Part shown: in pieces, positions 53,931 through 61,418 of the stretch
Layout of the letters: every line of letters starts with the position of its first letter
How positions within the stretch are numbered: the stretch's first letter is position 1
IMG/VR virus record: IMGVR_UViG_3300032167_000106
Span: 4,424-68,423 of that record
Direction: 5' to 3' (one strand)
Length of the DNA: 64,000 bases
Source: a virus
Taxonomy: Duplodnaviria; Caudoviricetes
Notes under the pieces: model-generated
The model's input: the letters and a program-made list of their open reading frames with translations, nothing else
Told to the model about the DNA's origin: nothing
Database searches by the model: none
Program-made: the position numbers and the translations under genes

Positions 53931-54196
53931 TGAAGAAGTTAGTAGATCAGGACTGGAGAGAGGCGAGTGTAGCCTGCTCCGTATTGTCCGTTCTTAAATC
54001 GGAGGGGATGGAGCCTGTTGTGAAAGCGATACAGGATAAGCTCCCCGCCACCGCCGAAGCCTTGCTGATGGAGATCGAAGCAGATCACGCAGCGACAATG
54101 CAGGAGTACACGGCGGCAGAAAATCGTTACATTGATATGGCCATCGAGGAGTGCTGGAAGCGAGTCGAGCGGCTGTACGAAGAACAGAAAGGATGA
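53930..54196 (+). CDS. Hypothetical protein
   Basis: TGATG overlap. Confidence 0.65.
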   Translation: MKKLVDQDWREASVACSVLSVLKSEGMEPVVKAIQDKLPATAEALLMEIEADHAATMQEYTAAENRYIDMAIEECWKRVERLYEEQKG

Positions 54197-54201
54197 ACTG
54201 T

Positions 54202-54660
54202 ATGAAATTTTTGACAGACAGGCAAGAGATTGCGAAGGCAATGAACTTCGGAAAGTATCCGGTGCTCTACATCGACCGTGATAATAAGAAGTACGATTCG
54301 CCTGAACACCCGAGCGACTTTTGTATCGGCAGTAAGTGCCGGCTCGATTGGGAGCACAAGAATCCACGATACGCAGATATGACTGCCCGATGCGAGCTGT
54401 ATTACAGCAACGGCAGGTATCACCTGAGCCAGGGAGCCGGTTGCCTGCACGCTGATTTCGGCAGACACGATGTCCTTGAGATGGTCGAGTGGGCACGGGT
54501 GCCCCTGGTACGCTGCGGCCAGACTGTCATCGTAGTCGAAGATTTCACCAAGCAGAAGCTTTGCAAGGTTCGGGTGATGAAGATCGCTGACCACAAGGAT
54601 TTGAACTGTTCGACCGTGACATCTTTGGAAGACATTGAGGAGGAAAAATATGAACCCTGA
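54202..54660 (+). CDS. Hypothetical protein
   Basis: RBS AAAGGA. Confidence 0.7.
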   Translation: MKFLTDRQEIAKAMNFGKYPVLYIDRDNKKYDSPEHPSDFCIGSKCRLDWEHKNPRYADMTARCELYYSNGRYHLSQGAGCLHADFGRHDVLEMVEWARVPLVRCGQTVIVVEDFTKQKLCKVRVMKIADHKDLNCSTVTSLEDIEEEKYEP

Positions 54661-55006
54661 GAGAATTGCCGCCATCGAAGCGGCTTGGGAGAAGATCAAG
54701 GTATTCTGCAAGAAATACGAAGGAGCCTGCGTGGATGACATCCAGGTGCGGTTCCAGTCCGACGGATACCATTGGGTAGAGTTCGGAGTAACACCGATGG
54801 GTGTACCGTATATCAATTTTGCCGGCCACAATTATGGATCACGGTCGGTTTCCTCTGACTGGATCGGGCATCCCAGACAGAAGGAGTATAGGATGGACGC
54901 CCGGTACAACTATATGGAGAAGGTCATCAAAAGTTGGCCTGGGATCAAAAAGGCAATCGAGAGGAAAGTCGAGGAAGAAAATCGGCTGTTCAACTTTGAA
55001 CCTTGA
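54650..55006 (+). CDS. Hypothetical protein
   Basis: RBS GAGGAGG. Confidence 0.7.
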   Translation: MNPERIAAIEAAWEKIKVFCKKYEGACVDDIQVRFQSDGYHWVEFGVTPMGVPYINFAGHNYGSRSVSSDWIGHPRQKEYRMDARYNYMEKVIKSWPGIKKAIERKVEEENRLFNFEP

Positions 55007-55018
55007 GGGGTGGATGAA

Positions 55019-55255
55019 ATGTTCAAGTTCGTTAAACCATTCCTGGTCGAAGTGGAGGAAGTGGTAAGAAAGAAAGTCGTGGTATATGCAGAGGTGGAGG
55101 AAGATGCCGCTGCCCTTGCTGTGAAAATGATAAAGCAAGGGGTTGTTGCGGTCACTGATGAGCCTGCATCGTATACCTGCAGATCCGTCGTAGACTTTAC
55201 GCCTGAAAACGCATCCAGGTGGTATCCCCGTTACGGGATGGAGGTGAGCAGATGA
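55019..55255 (+). CDS. DpnD/PcfM-like small protein
   Basis: FLVEVEEVVRKKVVVYAEVEEDA. Confidence 0.6.
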   Translation: MFKFVKPFLVEVEEVVRKKVVVYAEVEEDAAALAVKMIKQGVVAVTDEPASYTCRSVVDFTPENASRWYPRYGMEVSR

Positions 55256-56100
55256 AGATCCTGTCTTGCGGTGCTGGTATGCAGTCCACCGCTCTGGCCC
55301 TGATGAGCTGTGAAAATGCCTTGGCTGCCCGGAAAGGGTGGGAGATCCCGCATCCGGAAGTCCCGATCTACGATATTGTCATCTTCTGCGATCTCGGCTT
55401 GGAGCCGTCGTGGGTGATGCGGCAATGGTTGTTCATTGAGAGAGCCTGCGACTCGGCAGGCATCCGCCACGAGATGCTTGACACAGATCTGTACGGTCAT
55501 ATTATGGAGAACTTCGGCGAACGCCGAACCGTCAGTGTACCGTGGTGGACTCTGGGTGATGATGGAAAGAAATCTAAGATGCCCAGGAACTGCACAATCG
55601 ACTTTAAGGTTGAGATGATCTCCAAATACATCCGATGGGAAGTCCTCGGCTACAAGAAAGGACAGCGTCTCAAAGACCACGATAAGAAAGCCCACGAGAT
55701 GCACATGGGCTTTTCCAAGGAGGAAGAACGGCGGTGTAAGGAGAGCCCGAACCCGATGTTTATCAACAAGTTCCCGCTCTGCGTTATGGGCTGGACCCGA
55801 GCTGAGTCGTATGCGTACTGTCTGGATGTGTGGGGCCTTGACACCAAGGCTTCCGCCTGCTCGTTCTGCCCGTTCCACCAGAATTACTTCTACAAGTACC
55901 TGAAGGAAAACCACCCGGAAGAATATGCCGCTCTCGTCGAGGTGGACGAGCTCCTGCGGGACAAAAACCCGAAGCCACCGATGGACTCGGATCTGTTCAT
56001 TTCCCGGAGCCGCAAGCGGCTGGAGGATCTCACAGACGAGGACTGCAATGATGCGGTATGCTTTGAATACTGCGGCAAGCAGATCTGGAATGGATTTTAG
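55252..56100 (+). CDS. PAPS-reductase-like (adenine nucleotide alpha hydrolase) protein
   Basis: PP-loop-like ILSCGAGMQST, IFCDLG.E, CT..FK, MGFS..E, SACSFCPF. Confidence 0.8.
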   Translation: MKILSCGAGMQSTALALMSCENALAARKGWEIPHPEVPIYDIVIFCDLGLEPSWVMRQWLFIERACDSAGIRHEMLDTDLYGHIMENFGERRTVSVPWWTLGDDGKKSKMPRNCTIDFKVEMISKYIRWEVLGYKKGQRLKDHDKKAHEMHMGFSKEEERRCKESPNPMFINKFPLCVMGWTRAESYAYCLDVWGLDTKASACSFCPFHQNYFYKYLKENHPEEYAALVEVDELLRDKNPKPPMDSDLFISRSRKRLEDLTDEDCNDAVCFEYCGKQIWNGF

Positions 56101-56112
56101 GAGGTGAAAGCA

Positions 56113-56400
56113 ATGGAAAAGAATTGCCCTTGCAGGATGTGCCTGAACGCAACGGTAGACGGTGATCTCCGCCACGACAACGATCTGTCCTACATAGGGA
56201 TCGGAGATTGCAACCCCGGGCTCAGGCTTATGTTCAAAACTGGAGATGGCAGGCCGACAGAGATCCTCGTTGAGAGATGGGATAAAAAGAACGGGTGGCA
56301 GACCGTTGGTGTGTATCGACCGGCGTATTGCCCCAACTGTGGCAGGCTCTTGGTCGAGAACCTGAAGAACGGAGGACGGAGGTACGGAAATGGCCAGTAA
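56113..56400 (+). CDS. Small zinc-finger protein
   Basis: CPCRMC...YCPNCGR. Confidence 0.7.
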   Translation: MEKNCPCRMCLNATVDGDLRHDNDLSYIGIGDCNPGLRLMFKTGDGRPTEILVERWDKKNGWQTVGVYRPAYCPNCGRLLVENLKNGGRRYGNGQ

Positions 56401-56545
56401 GAAAACAGCCAAGATGAGCAACTGCAAGTGTCCCAAGTGCGGGGCGAAGCTGGTGGTTACAGAGTTTACTGAATACTGCCGGCGGTGCGGGTACAGCAAA
56501 CACCGGGAGCCCAGCAACCTGACAAAGCGACTATATGGATTTTAG
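56390..56545 (+). CDS. Small zinc-finger protein (51 aa)
   Basis: Read by hand: CKCPKCG...CRRCG. Confidence 0.6.
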   Translation: MASKKTAKMSNCKCPKCGAKLVVTEFTEYCRRCGYSKHREPSNLTKRLYGF

Positions 56546-56557
56546 GAGGCAGCGGCG

Positions 56558-56950
56558 ATGAATAGATTGACTCAACGCATAGGTGTCAATGGTGAGGCGA
56601 TCCTCATTAGCGATATGGAGGAAAAGTTCACTGCTGAGGAGCTGATCGACATCTTGCTTGCTCGGTTGGCAGAGTATGAAGATACCGGATACAGTCCGAA
56701 TGGTGTTATCGCTCTTGCCGAGAAGGTGAAGAAAGGCACGATCGAAGACAAGCCATCCGCCACCGCAAAGACGGATGGGAGCCAGGATGAACTGGCACCG
56801 TGTCCTTTCTGCGGCAGGGAGCCTTATATGCAGATCAGACCTACCGCACGAAAGACCAAGATTTATTCCGTGAAGTGTCAATGTGGTGCAATGCACCGCT
56901 TTGTTGACAGGCGATACAAAGCGGTAGACCAATGGAATGGGAGGGTGTGA
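56558..56950 (+). CDS. Protein with C-terminal Lar (restriction alleviation)-like domain
   Basis: LAPCPFCG...VKCQCGA...AVDQWNGR. Confidence 0.75.
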   Translation: MNRLTQRIGVNGEAILISDMEEKFTAEELIDILLARLAEYEDTGYSPNGVIALAEKVKKGTIEDKPSATAKTDGSQDELAPCPFCGREPYMQIRPTARKTKIYSVKCQCGAMHRFVDRRYKAVDQWNGRV

Positions 56951-56951
56951 A

Positions 56952-57329
56952 ATGAAGGTTAGTCGTTCCACTGAATTGGGTAGCTATTTTTCTTTTCCGG
57001 AAAACATAAAGTCGGAGTCCGATGGCCTGCGAGAAAGAATAACACAACAGATTGCGGTGAAGATGGTGGATAATTATGAGTCCGCCGTCGTTGAGGAAAT
57101 CGCTATGAGTGCGAGAGCAGAGGGCATTACTGACTGCGCTGTGCTGAACAAGCAGGCGATCATTGATGCGTTGAAAAAAGCGGTTCCTACAAAACCGAAC
57201 AATTCCGAAACGAGAGCACCTCTGTGCCCGTTCTGCAATCGGTTCATTGACAGAAATGAGCATAAGCACGGAAATATCGATATTCCGCACTGTAAATGGT
57301 GCGGACAGGCTTTGAACTGGGAGGGGTGA
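56952..57329 (+). CDS. Hypothetical protein with C-terminal zinc ribbon
   Basis: CPFC...HCKWCGQAL. Confidence 0.7.
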   Translation: MKVSRSTELGSYFSFPENIKSESDGLRERITQQIAVKMVDNYESAVVEEIAMSARAEGITDCAVLNKQAIIDALKKAVPTKPNNSETRAPLCPFCNRFIDRNEHKHGNIDIPHCKWCGQALNWEG

Positions 57330-57331
57330 AG

Positions 57332-57496
57332 ATGGAGCACAGAAGGGATCCTCGCATTGATGAGGACGAGACCATATTCGACGATAACGGGACGGAGATT
57401 TCGCCCCTGGATGATGACTATGAATATTGGAAGTCCGTGCAGGAGAGCCTGAATGATCTGTTGTCCGACGACTACTGTAAATACGATCACGATTAG
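57332..57496 (+). CDS. Small acidic protein
   Basis: RBS GAGGGGTG. Confidence 0.55.
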   Translation: MEHRRDPRIDEDETIFDDNGTEISPLDDDYEYWKSVQESLNDLLSDDYCKYDHD

Positions 57497-57507
57497 GAGG
57501 AAAGGAA

Positions 57508-57903
57508 ATGAAATTGAAATGTCTGCACTGCCAGAATGAATTTGATGGCACAATCGAAAAGGACGACCTCGGGTGGCATAGTTCCTGCCCAAAGTGCGGA
57601 GGTAGCTTCGATGTAGATGTTCCCGAAGGGAAGATCGTAGTTGCCTTTACAGATCCGCTTGACGGAGAAGACGAGCCCTATAAGTCGTTCGATCAAGCGG
57701 TTCCCACTTGGAACATCCACGGGTACTACGCTTTCGATAGCGTGGAGGAGTTCCTGCAGAAGTGGAAGGAGTTTGTCGATGAGCCCTACGGTATGTGGTA
57801 CTGGGTGATCGACGAAGGCAAGGTGATATGCAGTGGTGCCGTTGACCCGTATGACATCGAGATATTCCAGGAACACTGGGGACTGAAAGAGGAGGAAGAC
57901 TGA
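57508..57903 (+). CDS. Hypothetical protein with N-terminal zinc ribbon
   Basis: CLHC...CPKCG. Confidence 0.7.
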   Translation: MKLKCLHCQNEFDGTIEKDDLGWHSSCPKCGGSFDVDVPEGKIVVAFTDPLDGEDEPYKSFDQAVPTWNIHGYYAFDSVEEFLQKWKEFVDEPYGMWYWVIDEGKVICSGAVDPYDIEIFQEHWGLKEEED

Positions 57904-58184
57904 TGAAAAAATGGAAGTCCGGAATAAATAGGCACGAGCTGTTCTTGCAGGGCGTTTCTGTTTGCGTATTGCACTTTGGACCTGACTGCGGCTACTACTG
58001 TGAGGCACAGATCGGGAACGGCATCCGTAACGAGAGCTTCGGTTTCTGCACGGAGTACGAAGCGAAGATCAGTGCCGAGGCTTGGTATGCAGCACAGATG
58101 AGAGCCTGTTATCGGTTTTACAGGCGGTGTGCAACGGAATGTCTGGACAGACTGAGGGACTTGGGGGTATCGGAGAAGGTATGA
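57903..58184 (+). CDS. Hypothetical protein
   Basis: TGATG overlap. Confidence 0.65.
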   Translation: MKKWKSGINRHELFLQGVSVCVLHFGPDCGYYCEAQIGNGIRNESFGFCTEYEAKISAEAWYAAQMRACYRFYRRCATECLDRLRDLGVSEKV

Positions 58185-58423
58185 AGAAGTATGTTTGCAC
58201 AGCAGGCTTCGCTCTGGAGCAGTTCGACGATGACGGGTTCACTACTGAAAAGTGGATGACAGTCGAAGAAGGCGATATATGGACTGAAGATGACACCGCC
58301 TTCCGCATGGTTGGAGGCGACGACACAGTCAGACTGGTACGGAAGAAAGAGAACTCCGAAGGCTGGATGGAGATCACGAAGGAGACCCTGGCCACACACT
58401 TTGCCCTGGTCGAAAATACTTAG
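58181..58423 (+). CDS. Hypothetical protein
   Basis: ATGA overlap, ATG 58181. Confidence 0.65.
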   Translation: MKKYVCTAGFALEQFDDDGFTTEKWMTVEEGDIWTEDDTAFRMVGGDDTVRLVRKKENSEGWMEITKETLATHFALVENT

Positions 58424-58442
58424 CCGGCGACCGCCTTTCTTA

Positions 58443-58471
58443 TTGACTTTTCACGGTACTGTGATATAATA
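58443..58471 (+). promoter_or_regulatory. Consensus sigma-A promoter of the DUF4160-DUF2442 pair
   Basis: TTGACT-17 nt-TATAAT. Confidence 0.88.
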
Positions 58472-58492
58472 AAAGAAAAGGTGGTAGCACAG

Positions 58493-58747
58493 ATGCCGAC
58501 AATTTCTCGATTTTATGGACTTATCATTCGCATGAACCTCCGCAGCCGGGAACATAATCCCCCTCATATCCACGCAGAATACGGGGAATATGAAGCCTTA
58601 ATCGACCTGCGGGATTTATCGGTGGTCCGGGGCAAACTCCCAAATCGTGCCTTGGAAATGACCCTTGAGTGGACTTCCCAAAATCAGCAAAAACTGCTTG
58701 AAATGTGGGAAACCTCCCAAATCACAAAACTGCCCCCGCTCGTCTGA
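58493..58747 (+). CDS. DUF4160 family protein (putative TA toxin)
   Basis: MPTISRFYGLIIRM...EHNPPHIHAEYGEY...LPNRALEMTLEW. Confidence 0.9.
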   Translation: MPTISRFYGLIIRMNLRSREHNPPHIHAEYGEYEALIDLRDLSVVRGKLPNRALEMTLEWTSQNQQKLLEMWETSQITKLPPLV

Positions 58748-58772
58748 GCGGGGCATCCGACAGGAGGAGCTT

Positions 58773-59228
58773 ATGGAAAACTTTGTCGAATATCCGATCA
58801 GGACGCTGACCTTGGTTAAGGACTACGAGGTGATCGCCCACTTCAAGAATGGCGATGTGAAGCGGTATGATTTCCGGAAGATCATCGACCAGCTGGAACC
58901 GCTGAGGATCTTGGCGGAAGACTACGAGCTGTTCCAGAAAATCCATCTGTCTGCCGGCGGATACAGCATCATCTGGAACGACGACCTTGACCTCGAAGCT
59001 GAGGAGCTGTGGTACGAAGGTGAAGATGTTGACTCCCCGTTCCGGGATCTTATGGCTTTCCGTGATGCGGAAGAAACCTGGGGCTTGAAACCGAGTGCCC
59101 TCCGGAAGGCTGTTCAGTACAAGCGGTTCACAGTCGGCGAAGATGTGATGCACTTCGGTAAGCAGTGGGTGATAACCAAGAAGGCTATGGTACGGGAATA
59201 CGGCCCCGAACCCAGGCAAGCTGAATAA
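58773..59228 (+). CDS. DUF2442 domain plus C-terminal HTH (putative antitoxin)
   Basis: VIAHFKNGDVKRYDF...GGYSIIWNDDLDL; WGL..SALRKAV...KQWVITK. Confidence 0.85.
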   Translation: MENFVEYPIRTLTLVKDYEVIAHFKNGDVKRYDFRKIIDQLEPLRILAEDYELFQKIHLSAGGYSIIWNDDLDLEAEELWYEGEDVDSPFRDLMAFRDAEETWGLKPSALRKAVQYKRFTVGEDVMHFGKQWVITKKAMVREYGPEPRQAE

Positions 59229-59232
59229 GACG

Positions 59233-59261
59233 AGCGGCTCTCGAAAGAGGGCCGCTTTTTT
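59233..59261 (+). terminator. Intrinsic terminator
   Basis: AGCGGCTCTC-GAAA-GAGGGCCGCT-TTTTT. Confidence 0.88.
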
Positions 59262-59267
59262 ATGCCC

Positions 59268-59360
59268 AAATGTCCGACTCAAGCCAATACCAGAACCCGA
59301 AGCAATACCCTACATCATTCGGCACCCGGCAATCAGCTCCATTTGCCAATTTTGCAGACC
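59268..59360 (+). repeat. Intergenic repeat family A, copy 7
   Basis: AATGTCCG...AAGCCAATACC...AAGCAATACCCTACATCATTCGGCACCCGGCAATCAGCTCCATTTGCCAATTTTG. Confidence 0.85.
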
Positions 59361-59387
59361 TGAAAGACGGTGATTATGGTCATTTCC

Positions 59388-59464
59388 TGTCACTGTCACT
59401 AAATGACACGATTTCGCACTGAATTGCATTGAGTTGTCATAAATGCTGGTGTATCGTGTATAAC
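59388..59464 (+). promoter_or_regulatory. Putative late promoter with TGTCAC-like direct repeats
   Basis: TGTCACTGTCACTAAATGACAC...TTGTCATAAA upstream of TATAAC (59459-59464). Confidence 0.5.
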
Positions 59465-59506
59465 AGCAAAAACCGGATGACTGTTGGGGGACAGGAAATC
59501 CACAGA

Positions 59507-59531
59507 GCGTCGCTGAAAAGCGGCGTTTTTT
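59507..59531 (+). terminator. Terminator-like hairpin in the operon leader
   Basis: GCGTCGCT-GAAA-AGCGGCGT-TTTTT, 26 nt before the ATG. Confidence 0.5.
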
Positions 59532-59557
59532 CATTCTCATTTATGGAGGTTCAAGTT

Positions 59558-60196
59558 ATGGCAAAGAGAATTGAGGTTGTCCAACGCAGAGTTGGTGACC
59601 TGAAACTGGACTTCGGCAATCCTCGTAAGATCAAGAAGCAAAAGAAAGAGGATCTCGAACAGTCCCTGAATGACCACGGCGACTTTGGTATTATCATTAT
59701 CAATGAAAAAGACCAGGTCCTTGGTGGCAACCAGCGTGTTATGATCTTCCAGAAGCAGGATCCTGATATGATGGTGTGGTGTAAGCTGCTGGTCGGCTAT
59801 ACGATTGCCGAGCAGAAGTATGTCAATATCAAGGCGAACAGCCACGCCGGTGAATGGGATCTCGAAGAACTGGGCGACTGGACAGCTGACCTGATGAGCA
59901 GCTTCAAGCTGGATCTGGAGAAACCCGATAAGCCTCTGGAGGAACGGAGCATCAAGGAGATGGAGCCGATCCACTATGAGCAGTATGACTATGTGCTCAT
60001 TGCTTGCCGTAATGAGCTTGACTATAACGACCTCGTCCGGAAGCTGGGCATCGAAGGCGGCACCGTCAAGGTTGCCAAGACCCGGCGGATCAAGGGCAGA
60101 GCGATCTGGTATGACCAGATGAAGTCCCAGATCATCAGTGCTGAGGAGGTCGCCGCAAGAGAGGCGGAGGAGGCTGGCGATGATGAAGAAGAATAA
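59558..60196 (+). CDS. ParB/Srx N-terminal-domain protein
   Basis: LKLDFGNPRKI...IIIINEKDQVLGGNQRV; RBS GGAGGT. Confidence 0.8.
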   Translation: MAKRIEVVQRRVGDLKLDFGNPRKIKKQKKEDLEQSLNDHGDFGIIIINEKDQVLGGNQRVMIFQKQDPDMMVWCKLLVGYTIAEQKYVNIKANSHAGEWDLEELGDWTADLMSSFKLDLEKPDKPLEERSIKEMEPIHYEQYDYVLIACRNELDYNDLVRKLGIEGGTVKVAKTRRIKGRAIWYDQMKSQIISAEEVAAREAEEAGDDEEE

Positions 60197-61418
60197 TCCC
60201 ATCAAGTTTGCGTCCCCCGACCTGAGCAAGAAAGAGCTGAACGAGATCCGGAAGGTACTGGATAGCGGTTGGCTCACGAATGGCCCGGTCGTCCGGGATT
60301 TCGAGCGGAAGATTGCTTCGATGAGCAACTGCCGCAGAGCAGTCGCTTTTGACAGCTGTACCGCAGCGATGGAGATGACGCTCCGTGCCTTGGGCATCGG
60401 CCCTGGGGATGAAGTCATCACCACACCGTATACATATTCCGCAACGGCGGAAGTCATCCGAAACACGGGAGCCAAGATCGTATTCGTCGATCTGGCTCCT
60501 AACTCTTTTGAGATGGACTACCACCTGGTTGAAAAGGCGATTACGCCCCGTACCAAGGCAGTCATTCCGGTTGACATCGGCGGCAAGCTCTGCAACTACG
60601 CAGCACTCCAGCTTGCGATCGAACTGAAGTCCAACATCTTCAAGCCGGCCAATCCGGTGCAGGAGGCGATGGGCAGAGTTGCTATTGTAGCAGATGCAGC
60701 TCACAGCTTCGGTGCAGAACAGGACAGCCACCTTGCCGGCGAACTGGCGGATTTCACCTGCTTCAGTTTCCATGTGCTGAAATGTATCACCACCGGAGGC
60801 GAGGGTGGTGCGGTAGTGTGGAAAGAGATCCACGGTATCGACAACGCCAAGTTCGAGGAAACCCTGAGGCTGCTTGGCGATCACGGCCAAACATCCCGGG
60901 ATAAGTCGACCGGTTGGGAGTACGACATCGCCCTGTTCGGCTATAACCACATTATGACGAACATCGACGCCGCAATGGGCATTGCCCAGTTGGATCGGTT
61001 CAAGGAGATCTGCGACAGACGGATGGAGGTAACGCTCCGGTACGATGAGCTGTTCGCCAAGACCGATGTGGCGGAGCCGATGATCCAGCACTTCGGGTCG
61101 AACTACACCAGCTCGATGCACCTGTACCCGATCCGGTTGGCAACACCTGCGTTCCTGACTGAACAGGACAAGGGACACGAGTTCTGGAGAAATATGGTGT
61201 ACCGCCAGCTCCGGGCAGCAGGGATCCCCTGCAATGTTCACTACAAGCCCCTGCCTATGATGACGGCCTACAAGAACGCAGGCTTCGACATCGCAGATTA
61301 CCCCAACGCCTACAAGCAGTTCCGTAGCTTGCTGACGATCCCGTACCACACCTACCTGACTGCAGAACAGCAGGAGTTCATCGTGGATACCATCGGAAAG
61401 GTGGCGATGGGCGTATGA
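60180..61418 (+). CDS. DegT/DnrJ/EryC1/StrS PLP-dependent sugar aminotransferase
   Basis: SGWLTNGP, PGDEVITT, ADAAHSFG, SFHVLKCITTGGEGG (PLP lysine), GYN. Confidence 0.95.
   Translation: MMKKNNPIKFASPDLSKKELNEIRKVLDSGWLTNGPVVRDFERKIASMSNCRRAVAFDSCTAAMEMTLRALGIGPGDEVITTPYTYSATAEVIRNTGAKIVFVDLAPNSFEMDYHLVEKAITPRTKAVIPVDIGGKLCNYAALQLAIELKSNIFKPANPVQEAMGRVAIVADAAHSFGAEQDSHLAGELADFTCFSFHVLKCITTGGEGGAVVWKEIHGIDNAKFEETLRLLGDHGQTSRDKSTGWEYDIALFGYNHIMTNIDAAMGIAQLDRFKEICDRRMEVTLRYDELFAKTDVAEPMIQHFGSNYTSSMHLYPIRLATPAFLTEQDKGHEFWRNMVYRQLRAAGIPCNVHYKPLPMMTAYKNAGFDIADYPNAYKQFRSLLTIPYHTYLTAEQQEFIVDTIGKVAMGV

Noticed and set aside
8445-59360. Repeat family A or the P1-P6 promoters as a CRISPR array
   Set aside because: Copies are kilobases apart and degenerate, with no regular spacers and no cas genes
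59558-60196. ParB-like gene as a plasmid-prophage partition system
   Set aside because: No ParA ATPase or parS array nearby, an integrase is present, and the gene is coupled to sugar-modification genes
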